Positions 52,615 to 64,000 of a stretch of DNA of 64,000 nt are shown here, piece by piece; position 1 is the stretch's first letter; each line of letters begins with the position of its first letter. The DNA is from Mobula birostris (Eukaryota). The translations under genes and the position numbers were made by a program. Location of the stretch: the NCBI RefSeq assembly GCF_030028105.1, contig NC_092397.1, positions 21,276,630-21,340,629 on the forward strand, in the 5' to 3' direction. Below the pieces are notes generated by a model that worked only from the letters and a program-made list of their open reading frames with translations, was not told the origin of the DNA and did no database searches.

Positions 52615-53082
52615 AAAATCATACAATGCGATGAAGCTACACAGCTTGGAAGAACAATATTTTCTGTCTGGGTAACTTTCAAACTGATAGCATGAACATT
52701 AAATTTTCAAACTTCTGGTAATGCTCCCCCCCCCTCACCAATTCTCATCCCCTTTTCTTCTCTCATCTTGCCCACCCATCACCTCCCTCTTGTGCTCCTC
52801 CCCCCTTTTCTTCCATGGCCTTCTCTCTCTTTCACCAATCAACTTCCCAGCTCTTTACTTCATTCCTCCCCTTTCAGGGTTCACCTATCACCTTGTTTTC
52901 TCTCATCCCTACCCCCACCTTTTAAATCTACTCCTCGTCTTTTCATCTCCAGTCTTGCCGAAGGGTTTTGGACGGAAACATTGACTGTATTTTTTTGTTC
53001 TACAGGTGCTCCCTGGCCTGCTCAGTTCTTTTGTCTGTGTTGATTGGATTTGCAGCAACTGCAGATTTTCTCCTGTTTGTGC
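52615..53082 (+). mobile_element. Penelope-like 3' remnant
   Basis: Degenerate EEQ..F.LG..Q.D.MN coding end, pyrimidine tract, decayed hammerhead at 52950-52987. Confidence 0.8.
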
Positions 53083-54387
53083 CACAATGCTGTACATCAG
53101 TGTATCAGCGATGATGTGTCTGGTTACATTGTACTAATCTGAATGGACTGTGGAGCAGAGCATCCAGAGCAACAAGTCCAGACTATTGAATCCAACTCTG
53201 GTCTTGTGATAAATATGTAACTTTCCTCGAGTCTCTGCATGGCGGGGGGGGGGGGGGGCGGGGTTGAATAGTGTGTAGCGTGTAGCAACATTCGGCCTGA
53301 TGGAATTGAGAATGATTTTGACTGTAGATACGTAACCCATGTGTCCACAGTGATCAGTGATGGGACCTCTGTCTGATCAGATTAAAACACACATGGGCTG
53401 ATCAGATCGCTGATGACACAAATGTGGGTGCAGTTGTGGGTGGTGAGGAAGTTTGTCAAACAGACAGAACTGGATGTAGATCAATTGGAATCATGGATGA
53501 AGAAATGGGGGACAGAGTTTAATCTGGACAAGTGTTTCGGAGTTTACAGGTCCAATGTTGGAGGAAACTCCACAGTAAATGGCAACACCCTTGGAAACAC
53601 TGATATATCTTGATGTGTTTGTCCATAACATCCTACAAGTGAAATTGAAAGGAAATAAACTGCTATAAAGATCACAAAGTGAGAGGACTTGGGGGGAAGG
53701 GGGTGTCTGTGTAGGGTAATGAAATGGGTGGAAACACGCAGAATTAACAACCACCAACATTGAGCTGTGTTTCTCTTTAAGAGGCTGGACAGATGTTATG
53801 ATGTAATTAGGTGATTTTTTTAAAACCGTGCTTTGTTTCTGTGTTTGGAGAACAATAAATGAGTCGTTATAGTTGTCCTTAAACATAAAATGCCTCATGC
53901 CATTTTATTTGCAAAAACCCACAATAACATACTGGGTACCAGTAGCATTCACACCACAAGAATATCGCAGTGTCAAGCTGCACCCAGAAAGCCTGATCAC
54001 ATTCCCTTCAGCTTCAGTGGCGTTGCTGAATCTGAGTTTACCATGGTCAAATGCCAGCAGGGTCATAATCAGCAGAAACTCTCACAAAGCAGCTCTGTTT
54101 GTATTGTGTGATTAGTAGGTCTGTGGGAGATACCCAGAATGTGAAGCTATACTAATGGAGAGAGACACACTGACCCAAGTCACAGCTTGATGGGCAGAGA
54201 GGAAAACAGAGAATTTGATGTTGTGTCCTGATGCCTGAACTATGCCCAGTTACAAATGTTGTTCCTCCAAACTGTGTTCAGCCTCACTGTAACAGTGTGA
54301 CATCAGACATCAACATGAAAACTAAAATAATCTCAGCTGAGGTGTATTCTCTTTCACCTGTTGATCTTCTTTGCAAACATTTTACAG

Positions 54388-55230
54388 GGCAGAAAAGACA
54401 GAATTTCTGTCTGAGAATCTCAAACACAACAGTGTGTCGGTTCTCACGTGTTTGTCAGTTCCCCAACGTTCGAATGCTACCAACCATTGAATGTGAAGGA
54501 TGAGATGGTTGAGAAGACAGCACACCAGTCTTTGCAAGGAGAACCCCAATATGTGGACATGTCCTTGATCTGACCTGATAAATGGCCAGTGTTGATACTG
54601 GTGAGCTGACATTCACCGCAAGGGATTCACCAGGCCACTGTACCCGCAGATACACCAGCAAGTTCACACGGGAAGAGGCCATTCACCTGCTCCATGTGTG
54701 GGATGAGATTCATTCAGTCACATGAGCTATTACAACACCAGCCAGTTCACATGGGAAGAGGCCATTCACCTGCTCTGTGCATGGAACGGGATTGATTCAG
54801 TCACATGACCTCTTAAAACACCAGCAAGTTCACACGGGAAGAGGCCATTCACCTGCTCCGTGTGTGGGACAGGATTCATTCAGTCACATGAGCTATTACA
54901 ACACCAGCCAGTTCACACGGGGAGAGGACATTCACCTGCTCCCTGTGTGGGGCGGGATTTATTCAGTGACATGAGCTATTACAATACCAGGCAGTTCACG
55001 CCGGTGAGCAGCTGTACTTGGCTCTGTTGTCTCGGTCTCTCAGTACAGCTTCACACCTGCTCCGAGTGTGGGAGGAGATTCATTCAGTTGACCCACTTTG
55101 TGAGGCTCCAGTGAGTTTATAATACATAGAGGACACACTTCGGTCTTGTGTCGGTAAGGAAGTTTATGCAGTCATCCCACCTGCTGAAACACTGGCAACT
55201 TCACAGCAGGGAGGAAGTTGAAATAAGCTC
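54388..55230 (+). pseudogene. C2H2 zinc-finger array exon, pseudogenised
   Basis: Polypyrimidine acceptor tttacag|g at 54387; repeated PFTC.VCG..FIQSH.L..HQ.VHTG units with a frameshift in each linker, stop codons and a small insertion. Confidence 0.88.
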
Positions 55231-56021
55231 CATGTGAACATTTTAATCATCATGGTGACTGAATCTAGTTGGAAGTTCATGTGAGACTGTTAATGTCAGA
55301 TTCTGCAGATATTGCAACTGATCACTGAGCATTGGAGGGTTCGTTCTGCTGATGTTAGTTTTAAGCAACACTGGTGTTTAATATTATGGATCTGTGACAA
55401 ATTAATCAGTTCTATTTCAAATCCTGTGTGTCAGGTGCTTCCCGCCTGTCACACAGCTAATGTACAGTAGACAGGCCACTCAGTTCATCTGGTACCTGCT
55501 CATATTCCTGTTGCACAGCAGAGCTTTCAAATCCATCCCTGCTGTTCACCACTCACTCACCCTATAAAATTCAGCTTGCAACTGCTCACCGGTCTGTGAA
55601 TGAACAGGTTTACTTTGAATTAAATCCCGAACTTTCTGGAAACTGCAGAAGATGAATTCACGAGGGTTTTGTCCCAAATATTCCTCATCCCTCACAGCTC
55701 TGGACCAAGGATGAAGTCTTGTGTGCTTAAAATCTTCCTGTGCTGCTCTATTCATTGTTTTGTGTCATTTTCACTGATTTCGAAGGGCTGTGCCTCACCC
55801 TGCCGGGCTGTTGCAATACAACACTCTCCTCTAAAGTACGACAGCAGAATGGTGGAGCAGAAACAAGAGGAGTCAGCACAAATGAGGGCTTTGGGGCTCC
55901 AGATGTGATGGAGGCTCGAGTTTACGTGGAGTAGAAGGAGGGAATCAGACCAGGAGGATGAGGCTGCAAATGAAAGTTCAGCAACATTTGGAAACTGATT
56001 GAAAAAAAGAGGTTTATGTTT

Positions 56022-56220
56022 GCAAAGTGCTGGAGGGAGTCAGTGGCCCTGGCAGCATCTATGCAGAGGAATAAATAGTTGATATTATGGGCCAAGACAC
56101 TTCATCCTATCTAGACTGTTTATTCCTCTGTTTAGCTGCTGCCTGACCTGCTGAGTTCCCGCAGTACTTTGTGTGTGTTAGTTTACAGTTTATTCCCAGC
56201 ATCTGCTGAACCTCGAGTTT
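56022..56220. mobile_element. Palindromic Penelope-terminus element
   Basis: caaagtgctggagggagtcag...gcagcatcta and tagctgctgcctgacctgctgagttcccgcagtactttg form inverted arms. Confidence 0.75.
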
Positions 56221-56289
56221 CATATCTGCATTTCGAAGTGAGTGGGACTTTGACAGCTGTCACACAAAATGCCTGTTGACATTGAGTAA

Positions 56290-56825
56290 TAAACAGGAGA
56301 AAATCTGCAGATGCTGGAAATCCAAGGAACACACACAACATGCTGGAGAAACTCTGCAGGCCAGGCAGCATCTGTGGATAAAACTACAGCCGATGTTTTG
56401 GGACAAGGTTCTTCAGCAGGACTGGAGAAAAAACAATGAGGGGTAAATTTTAAAGGTGGGGAGGGGAGAGAGAAACACAAAGTGACAGGTGGAACTGGGA
56501 GAGGGAGGGATGAAGTAAAGAGCTGGGAAGTTGTTTGGTGAAAGAGATACAGGGCTGGAGAAGGGGGAGTCTGACAGGAGAGAACAGAAGGCCGTGGATG
56601 AAAGAAAAGGGGGGAGGAACACCAGAGGGAGGCGATGGACAGGCAATGAGAGGGAAAGGGGGATGGGGAATGATGAGCGAGGGGAGGCATGACTGGAAGA
56701 TCAAGAAGTCGATGTTAATGCCATCAGATTGGAGGCTACCCAGACAGAATACAAGGTGTTGTTCCTCCTACCTGAGTGTGGCCTCATTGCGACAGTATAC
56801 GAGGCCATGGATTGACGTCTCCATT
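56290..56825 (-). mobile_element. Penelope-like 3' remnant
   Basis: Terminal repeat, decayed hammerhead at ~56388-56425, purine tract, coding end homologous to 25556-25690. Confidence 0.85.
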
Positions 56826-56829
56826 GAGT

Positions 56830-58932
56830 ACACTGTTTGTGGAAGCTTGCTGTGTTAAAGTAGCTGCTGAGTTTTCTGCATAAAATCATTGACTGATTTT
56901 GAAACAAGTGGCGTGCAACCAGCACTTGCCCCTCAAATTAATCCAGTATGTTAACAACAGCACATCACCTCCCTTTTCCAAAATATAATTCAACCACACT
57001 ATTACCATCCATTTCGTAAGTTTATACAAATGGGACGTCAGTGATATTGGTCTATAACTAGAAGGATCCAACAGGGGTTTCCCAGGTTTTAGAACAGACT
57101 CTACAATTGCCATTTTCCATGAGGATGGAAGATGGCCTGAATTCCAATTATGATTCAGAAATGTAATATTATCTCAAGAGAGCTGTTGGCCATATGTTTA
57201 AACATGCAATAACATGTATCTGTTGCACAGACGTGGTTGGGGATGAACCCAAGTGCAGGACACAGGCACTGAGGCAGAGTTGTGAGGCGTTAGTACCACC
57301 ATGAACGGGGAACAAGTATCCAGGAGAGTCTTTACACAGAGACAAGGGTCACGTAGTGTATCCAGGAAACGATGCAGAACTTAGAACTGACAGTCCTCAG
57401 GAATCAGATTTACTCACATGAGAGTTGACCAATGAATTGGCAGCTCCTTGTTGTGATCACAGTGTCTTTATCCTGCATTTCCTGATGGAAAGCAGGTGTG
57501 TGCAGTTAGTGGAACCTGGGAATGATTGGAAATTCAATGAGGGAATTGAGGCCCAATTGCTGAGGTAACTAGCAAGGTCGGGGATTGCCAGAAGGGACCA
57601 TGACAGTACCATCCTTTCCCGGAGCCACCTGACCTGTTCTATTAATAACTTTCTTAAACTCACACAAAGAAAATTCTACTTCGTTATCACTGCTACAGCT
57701 GATTTCCAACACGTTGGGGTATTCTCTTAAAACCTTATCCCTACATTGTTTAGTCTCTTCATTATTTTGATTATGAATTGCAGAAAAGGACCGAGCCAGT
57801 AACTAAACCCTCTCCATTTCAGTAACAATTGTATTACCTTCTTTAATCAATACTGGGAACCCTATGAATCCCACACCCCTATTTTCTTAATCATTCCTCA
57901 AACATCTCCAAGTTTAATAGTCCTTCCAATACTTTCACAATATGACCTCGCGTAAATCTTTTTCACAACCTTCATTACTTTCCTCACCATGGTCTGTGAC
58001 CTGTTACACTTAATATGATCATGCAGAGAGTGATATGCATAACTTTCTGAAATGCCTTATTTCTCTCAATAATTGCCTCTGCACACTCCTTCATCACCCA
58101 TTGTCCAGCTTTTCTCCTATTACTGCACTATGAATCTCTTCCACCACAATCTGATGAATAACATGACAGCGTTTCTTTGCAGAAATCCACATCATCCTCA
58201 CCATTCAGCCCAGACAGACGCTCACCACATAAAACATTCAAACTTCTCCCAAATTGCTTTACCAAAGTTCCACTTCCTAAAAGTGGCCTCCTTTCCCCTA
58301 CATAAATCCAAACCCAAGCTTATAAATACAGGAAAATGATCGCTCCCCAATGCTTCATCTCCCATGGCATTCCACACACTCATTGCAGCCTGAATGTTTG
58401 AAATTAAAGTTAAATTTACAGCAGTTTCAGAACTATTATGAACATTAAATCTCGCAACTGTCCCACCAGTAAGACACAAGATGTGAACTGTCTAAAACTC
58501 TTCTACAATCAAACCATCACCATCATTCTGAGAACAACCCCACAGTGAACTGTATGCATTAAAACCCCCACACCACACAACCCTTAGTGAGCTAGAGCTA
58601 CATATACTGTCCAACAAATCAATCGAAAGCTTTCCATAGTGGTTATAATATACCACTTTACTGTCCTTACCTATTGAATCAAATATTTCTACAAGTGCCT
58701 TATACATTTCATTTACATCTACAACTCCATGCCCTCTCCCTTTCTTTATAAAACTTGCAACACCACTTCCTGTACCAACTAATCTATCACGCCTAATTAC
58801 AATTTAATCCTGGAAGAAAGAATTTAAATGCGGTAACAACCAGGTTTCCTCAATACATACAACGTCGGATAGATTTGATAAATCAGAAATAAACTTCAAG
58901 TCTTCACCATTAAAAATCAGGCTTCTAGAAAT
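56830..58932 (-). mobile_element. I/Nimb-clade LINE ORF2 remnant (APE endonuclease to start of RT)
   Basis: RSLIFNGEDLKFI...DVVCIEETWL, VVWCGGFNAYSSLWG, LGSDHFPV and KPGKP..PSSYRPISLTS motifs. Confidence 0.85.
57221..57605. mobile_element. Solo LTR inserted in the LINE
   Basis: TGT...ACA ends; near-identical 5-bp flanks gtatc/gtacc; LINE sequence resumes on both sides. Confidence 0.65.
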
Positions 58933-58934
58933 AT

Positions 58935-59145
58935 GCCTTATCGCCCTTCCTTATACAGTCTGGAGGATAGTCGTGGGGCGTTTATGATTGGTGAAACAGT
59001 GCCTTATCTGATTGGAAAGATGAAGTATTCTAATCAGAGAGCTGCTTTATTCACCAATCAAGAGACAGCAACGGCAGAAGCGCGGAAAATAACCGTTTAA
59101 CCGCTGAAATAAACTGAAATTTGCAAAAGACCGCCAAAAAAGCCG
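58935..59145 (-). promoter_or_regulatory. Orphan H2A-type promoter (paralog of 50490-50690) with no H2A CDS
   Basis: Colinear TATA (58951-58955), CCAAT boxes, agaagcgcggaaa, ctgaaattt and ccgccaaaaaa. Confidence 0.8.
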
Positions 59146-59683
59146 TTGCTGTTGAAATTAAACAGGTTTGTTTGTCGACCCTTTACCCCCGTTACTGGAG
59201 TCCGACACATTTAAACCGGGTGTAGTTAATACTGCGATGGTGTCTGGGAACTTAGTTCACCGATTTCTTTCAATTGATAAACGATTGGAATAAAACAGAT
59301 TCTCAACTTCTGTTCGCGGTCGGTCATTGTGAACGGGTCGCCCTTCAGAAAGTGGAGCTTTAACAAATACTCTGAACGAACCGTGACTGTGTTCAGCTCT
59401 CGCGTTGGAATGGGGTTAAGAGAAGTAACCAAAATGGGACAAAGCTTAAGGAACCGCATTCTCCAGGGCAATTAAACCAGAAACAATTAGTGTCCTCTTC
59501 AGGGAAATATGATGAACGAGAGAAAACGACGGGGAAGGGGTGCGTAACGATTCCGTGCTGTGCAGTCGGTTGGGATATAACAGAGAAATCAGACTATACT
59601 GAGCAGTGGACAGCAAGCTCTGATTAACGGAGATAAGATTCTGAAATGAGATCAAAAATAACTCTTTTAATGAAGCCGTGAGT

Positions 59684-60102
59684 GGCTTTTAAAAGAGCCT
59701 TTGATTTTCTGGTTTGTTTTGTCAGTGAACTTGGAGCTGGTGTACTTGGTCACCGCCTTTGTCCCTTCGGACACGGCGTGCTTGGCCAGCTCCCCAGGTA
59801 GCAGCAGCCGCACGGCGGTCTGGATCTCCCGGGAGCTGATGGTGGACCGCTTGTTGTAATGGGCCAGGCGGGAAGCTTCGCCCGCGATGCGCTCGAAAAT
59901 ATCGTTGACGAATGAATTCATGATGCTCATGGCCTTGGAGGAGATGCCGGTGTCGGGGTGAACCTGCTTCATCACTTTGTAGATGTAGATGGCGTAAGTC
60001 TTCCTTCCTCGACCTCTTGCGCTTCTTGCCAGTCTTGCTCGCTGGTTTGGACAAAGCTTTCTTGGCGCCCTTCTTGGGAGCGGGTTTCGCTGGATCCGGC
60101 AT
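59684..60102 (-). pseudogene. H2B: Histone H2B with a +1 frameshift, lost stop codon and mismatched stem-loop
   Basis: ATG at 60102 ([12 protein letters not shown]...KRSRKE), then one extra base at ~60000; the rest of H2B is intact in another frame; native stop reads TTC; stem-loop GGCTCTTTTAAAAGCC at 59684-59699. Confidence 0.88.
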
Positions 60103-61529
60103 TTCCTCGTCGGGTTCAAACACAATAATAAGCAGAAGCTGTTCGGAGCGCGGATTAAATAGGCAGCGCCCAAAAGGGTATGTTAATGAGGATGGGAATG
60201 CTGAGCATTTCCATTGGCTGTTTGGAGAAATGAATCACCAATTGGAACGCTGGGGGATGGGAAGCGGCGCCAATGGGTGGGGTTTACCGCTGTCGTTTGA
60301 TGCGGTAGGGAGTACTGAAGGGCAGAGACAGGCCGGGGTGCGGGCTGAAATTGAAAAGGGAAAGGCAAATTTCAAAAGCAGAATTAAATAAAATCAGATG
60401 AAATATTGTAAAATTAAACACTAGGCCATTTAGTTCATGACATAGGGCTGCAGGAGAGTGAAGGAGAGATGTGGACATTTCAGTGTCAATTTTAAATCGA
60501 GTTTATTTATGCACAGGTGAAAGGAACAAAGTCTTTGTAGCAGCATCACAGACATATTGCCTCAGAGACACAGCATTGACAAGAAACACTGAAATTAAAT
60601 ATGAATTATACCAAAATATTCAAAGAGATAGAAGACTATCAGAACAAAATCAAACTAACAAACAGATTATGCGGGCAGTGGGAGAATCATCCCTCTTGTG
60701 CTTCTTCATCTCGTCACTCTGGATTCAGTGTCACACAACGCTGCCACTTTGATCTGGTCCATGCCTTCATTAACCAGGTCCAACACTTGCCTTTATTGCA
60801 TCTTCCTTCTCCTTACACTGGTCATCGGGTTTGTGGGGGTGTGCCCAGGGTTAGTGGGGGTGTGTGCCCCCTTGGACCTCAGGATTAGGTTTGAGGGTAG
60901 GGCTGGTGGATGTATATGCGGGGCTGGGAGAGATAATGCTGTGGAGTTTAGTATGGTGAGATATGTGGGGCTATGGTGGATAGGGTAGTGTAGTGGAGTC
61001 ACTTCAATCTGGCCCATTCCCTTCATTAATGTGGCCTGACACCACTTGGCTTAATGAACCGGGTGTTGCAAAGGGACACATCGTCAGTAATGCAACCTGG
61101 GGTCATTGGGTGTTTTGGGTCTTTAATCATGAGACATCCTCACCCAGGCGACCCAGCCAGGGTTAATCAGTCCGCTTGTGTTTATCCCATGGATCAAGGT
61201 AATGAGAGGCATGTAACTCTGCATGTTGTGGGTATTTTAAACCTTGTTACTTGGCTTTATTTTGACCATTTGGGGAGTAGAATGTTCTGAGGCCTAGTAA
61301 TCAGGCTTTACCTCCACTAAGGTTCAACTTTCCTACTTTCAATTTAGAATTGTCTTTATTTTGCATCTGTATGCCTGGGATTGCATGGGTTAAATTAACA
61401 GTGTTCACTGCAGTACAAATTAGTGATTAAGGTTGTGCAGATTGATCCATAATTCCAAAATGCAAACATCTCTGAAATCCAGAATTTTTTGTTTTGACAT
61501 GACGTCACAAATGGAGAATTTTACTCAGG

Positions 61530-61975
61530 GTTATATGGCTTGTCTAATGAAGAGAGTTTTACGGCTCTGAGCCTCTATTCACTGGAACTTCGAAGAAAGA
61601 AGTCAAACCTATCAAATAGTGAAAGGGTTTGATTGAGTGGATGTGGAGAGGATTTTTCCTGTGGTGGGAGTGTCTAAAACCGGACCACACAAATTCAAAA
61701 TAGAGGGGCATCCTTTTAGAATGGAAATAAGGAGGAATTTCTTCAGCCACAGAGTGGTGAATCTGTGAATTTTTTTGCTACAGGCAGCTGTGGAGGCCAA
61801 ATCACTGCGTAAAGGCAGAGATTGATAGATTCTTGATTGGTCAGGGCATGAAGGGATACAATGGAAGGCAGGAGATTGGGGCTGAGAGGAAAAATTGATC
61901 AGTGATGATGAAATACCAGAGAAGGCTCGACAGGCAAAATGGCCAAATTCTGCTCCTATATCTTATGGTCTTACG
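61530..61975 (+). mobile_element. CR1 3' fragment
   Basis: ttcttcagccacagagtggtgaatctg and 3' UTR with tcttatggtctta tail. Confidence 0.8.
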
Positions 61976-62141
61976 GACTCACTTAGTGACTAAATCTCTC
62001 CCAGAAACTGTTGATCTCAGCTTTGACTCAACCCAGCAACTGAGGCTCCACATTACTTATATAAGGAATACTGAGATGCTTTGTTCTTTGATTAACGAAA
62101 TATCTCATTTCCATCCTGAATGCTTGTCATCTCATTCTGAG

Positions 62142-62378
62142 CAACAGACACAAAATGCTGGAGGAAGTCAGCAGGCCAGGCAGCACCTATGGAAAAGAGT
62201 AACGAGCCGATGCTTCGGGCTGAGAACGTTCACGCTGAGATCTGATGAAGGGTCTCGGCCCAAAGTGTCGACTGTTTACTCTTTTCCTTAGGGTCTGCCT
62301 GTCCTGCTGAGTTCCTCCAGCATCTTGTGTGTGTTGTGTTTGATTCCCAGCATCAGCAGATTATCTCGTGTTTGTGAT
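62142..62378. mobile_element. Palindromic Penelope-terminus element with TSD
   Basis: Inverted arms acacaaaatgctggagg...gcagcacctatggaaaagagtaa and ttactcttttcc...ctcctccagcatcttgtgt-like; TSD ctcattctgag (62131-62141 and 62385-62395). Confidence 0.85.
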
Positions 62379-62439
62379 TTATGCCTCATTCTGAGGGTAT
62401 TTTCCTCAGTTGTGGAGTTCTCATTCAGCAGAAAGATTC

Positions 62440-63870
62440 TCCCTGCCGACTGCCTGTCACATCCTGAAAGAATCTAACAGATTTCCTCGTTTTCTCATGA
62501 ACGCCAGGGAATACAGACCCAGCCCACTCACTCTCCTCTCATATAACCAACCTTCCATCCCCGGAACCAGCCCAGTCAGTGTGGGGAACAGTCACTGCAC
62601 TCCCTCTATTTCAGGGATATCCTTCCTGAAGAAGTGTGACTAAACCTGGACACGATACTCAAGGTGTGCTCTCACCAGGGCCCCTATATAATCCCAGTGA
62701 GACATCTGTACCCTCTTCTCCACTCCTCCTGGACCACAGGACAAAATACTGTTTGCCCCTCTCATTACTTGTTGTATCTGCATGTAAACTCAAGTGATTT
62801 GTTTACAAGGATGCCCAGGTCCCTCTGAACATCCCTGTGTGGAAATGACTCTGAAAGTTTGTTCCTGAGGTTGGGTGATCTCACATTTCCCCACACTCAT
62901 TTCCATCTGCCACATTCTCAACCATTCACTCTCCTGTCTACATCCCCCAAACCTTCTCACTACTGACACTGTCCCTCCTGCTCTGCCACAGCACAGATGT
63001 AGTCACTAAGTCATGCAGCACAGAAACAGGCCCTTCAGCCCAACACATCCATGCTGACCAAGTGGCCAAACAAAACCATTGTCAGTTGCCTGCATTTGGC
63101 CCATGTCCCTGTGAAACTTCCCTCTCCACAGTCCAAGAGATATTGCAACTGTGCTGACCTATACCACCACTTGGGGTAGTTTGGTCCATGTAAACAGCAC
63201 ATTCTGTGTATAAAACCTGATCCTCAGGGTCCCATTTAAATCTTTCCTCTCTCACTTTATATCTGCAATCTCTCGCTTCCAACTCTATAACCCTGGAGAT
63301 AACAGATTCACTATTGACTGTATCAATGACTGCCATTATTTTCTCACCTCTCTTATATCACATACACTCTGGTCCTGGCCTATCCAGCCTCCTGTTAAAT
63401 CCCTTTTGCACCCTCTCCAGTTTAATGCACCCTCTGATCCCAGGGCAACTATAACTGTACTCCGTGCTCCGAGAGTAGTTTCCCCGAGGCTGGTAGAGCT
63501 GTAATGTGACGTCACAGTCCAGTGCCCGATACTCTGACCGATGAATGCGAGTGTGGCGAACTCCTTCTTCACCGTCCTGCCTACCTGTGTTTACACTCTG
63601 AAGGAATTCGATATCTGCACCCCGATATCTCTGTTTTACAGCACTCCCAGGGACAGACCATTCCCCATGGTAGTTCTGCCCTGATTCGTCAATGACAATG
63701 GAACATCTCACATTTATCTGTCATTCCTCAAATCAGTGACCTCATTGATCACCGTCCTGTTGTAATGTTAGTTACATTTTTCACACTCCACCATATCACC
63801 AACTTTAGTGACATCGATAAATTTGCTGAGCCGGGCAGTGACGTTATCAGCCGAGTCTTTAATAAATGGA
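62440..63870 (-). mobile_element. Old degenerate CR1 fragments
   Basis: IKLERVQKGF, LAFIGQSI and SKFIDVTKVG remnants. Confidence 0.65.
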
Positions 63871-63924
63871 CGACAGCAGCAGCCCTGACTCAGCTCCCGG
63901 GCTTTTCCTCGCAGCGATACACGC

Positions 63925-64000
63925 GCAGTGCTGGAGGCACTCAGCAGGCCAGGCAGCATCTATGAGAAACTGGAAACAGCCAACGTTTCAGGCCGAGACC
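63925..64000 (-). mobile_element. Penelope terminus cut off by the window edge
   Basis: gtgctggaggcactcagcaggccaggcagcatctat...aacgtttcaggccgagacc. Confidence 0.75.

Noticed and set aside
55438-55460. cccgcctgtcac (also near 2588) resembling the tRNA-Asp anticodon arm
   Set aside because: Only about 12 nt, with no flanking tRNA structure; compatible with chance.

Overview
Vertebrate genomic DNA. The repeat landscape (CR1/HER1-like LINEs, Rex-Babar, Penelope-like elements, Tc1, hAT, an HE1-like SINE head) suggests a cartilaginous fish, probably a ray; this assignment is inference. Most of the window is degenerate, nested transposon sequence. It contains a dispersed replication-dependent histone cluster: intact H4 (+), H3.2 (+), a divergent H1 (-) and H2A (-), each with a 3' stem-loop; an H3 pseudogene; two independently disabled H2B copies; and an orphan H2A promoter fused to a LINE endonuclease remnant. 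Also present are a tRNA-Asp(GTC) gene missing one variable-loop base, a dead C2H2 zinc-finger exon built of 83-bp (not 84-bp) units, and two paralogous CpG-island promoter/first-exon modules (PBX-PREP, CRE, RFX, splice donor). The most notable non-coding signal is a family of minimal hammerhead ribozyme motifs in Penelope termini. One copy, about 630 nt upstream of H1 on the same strand, has a fully intact core, and several others sit in short palindromic elements. Repeat boundaries were read by eye and are approximate.
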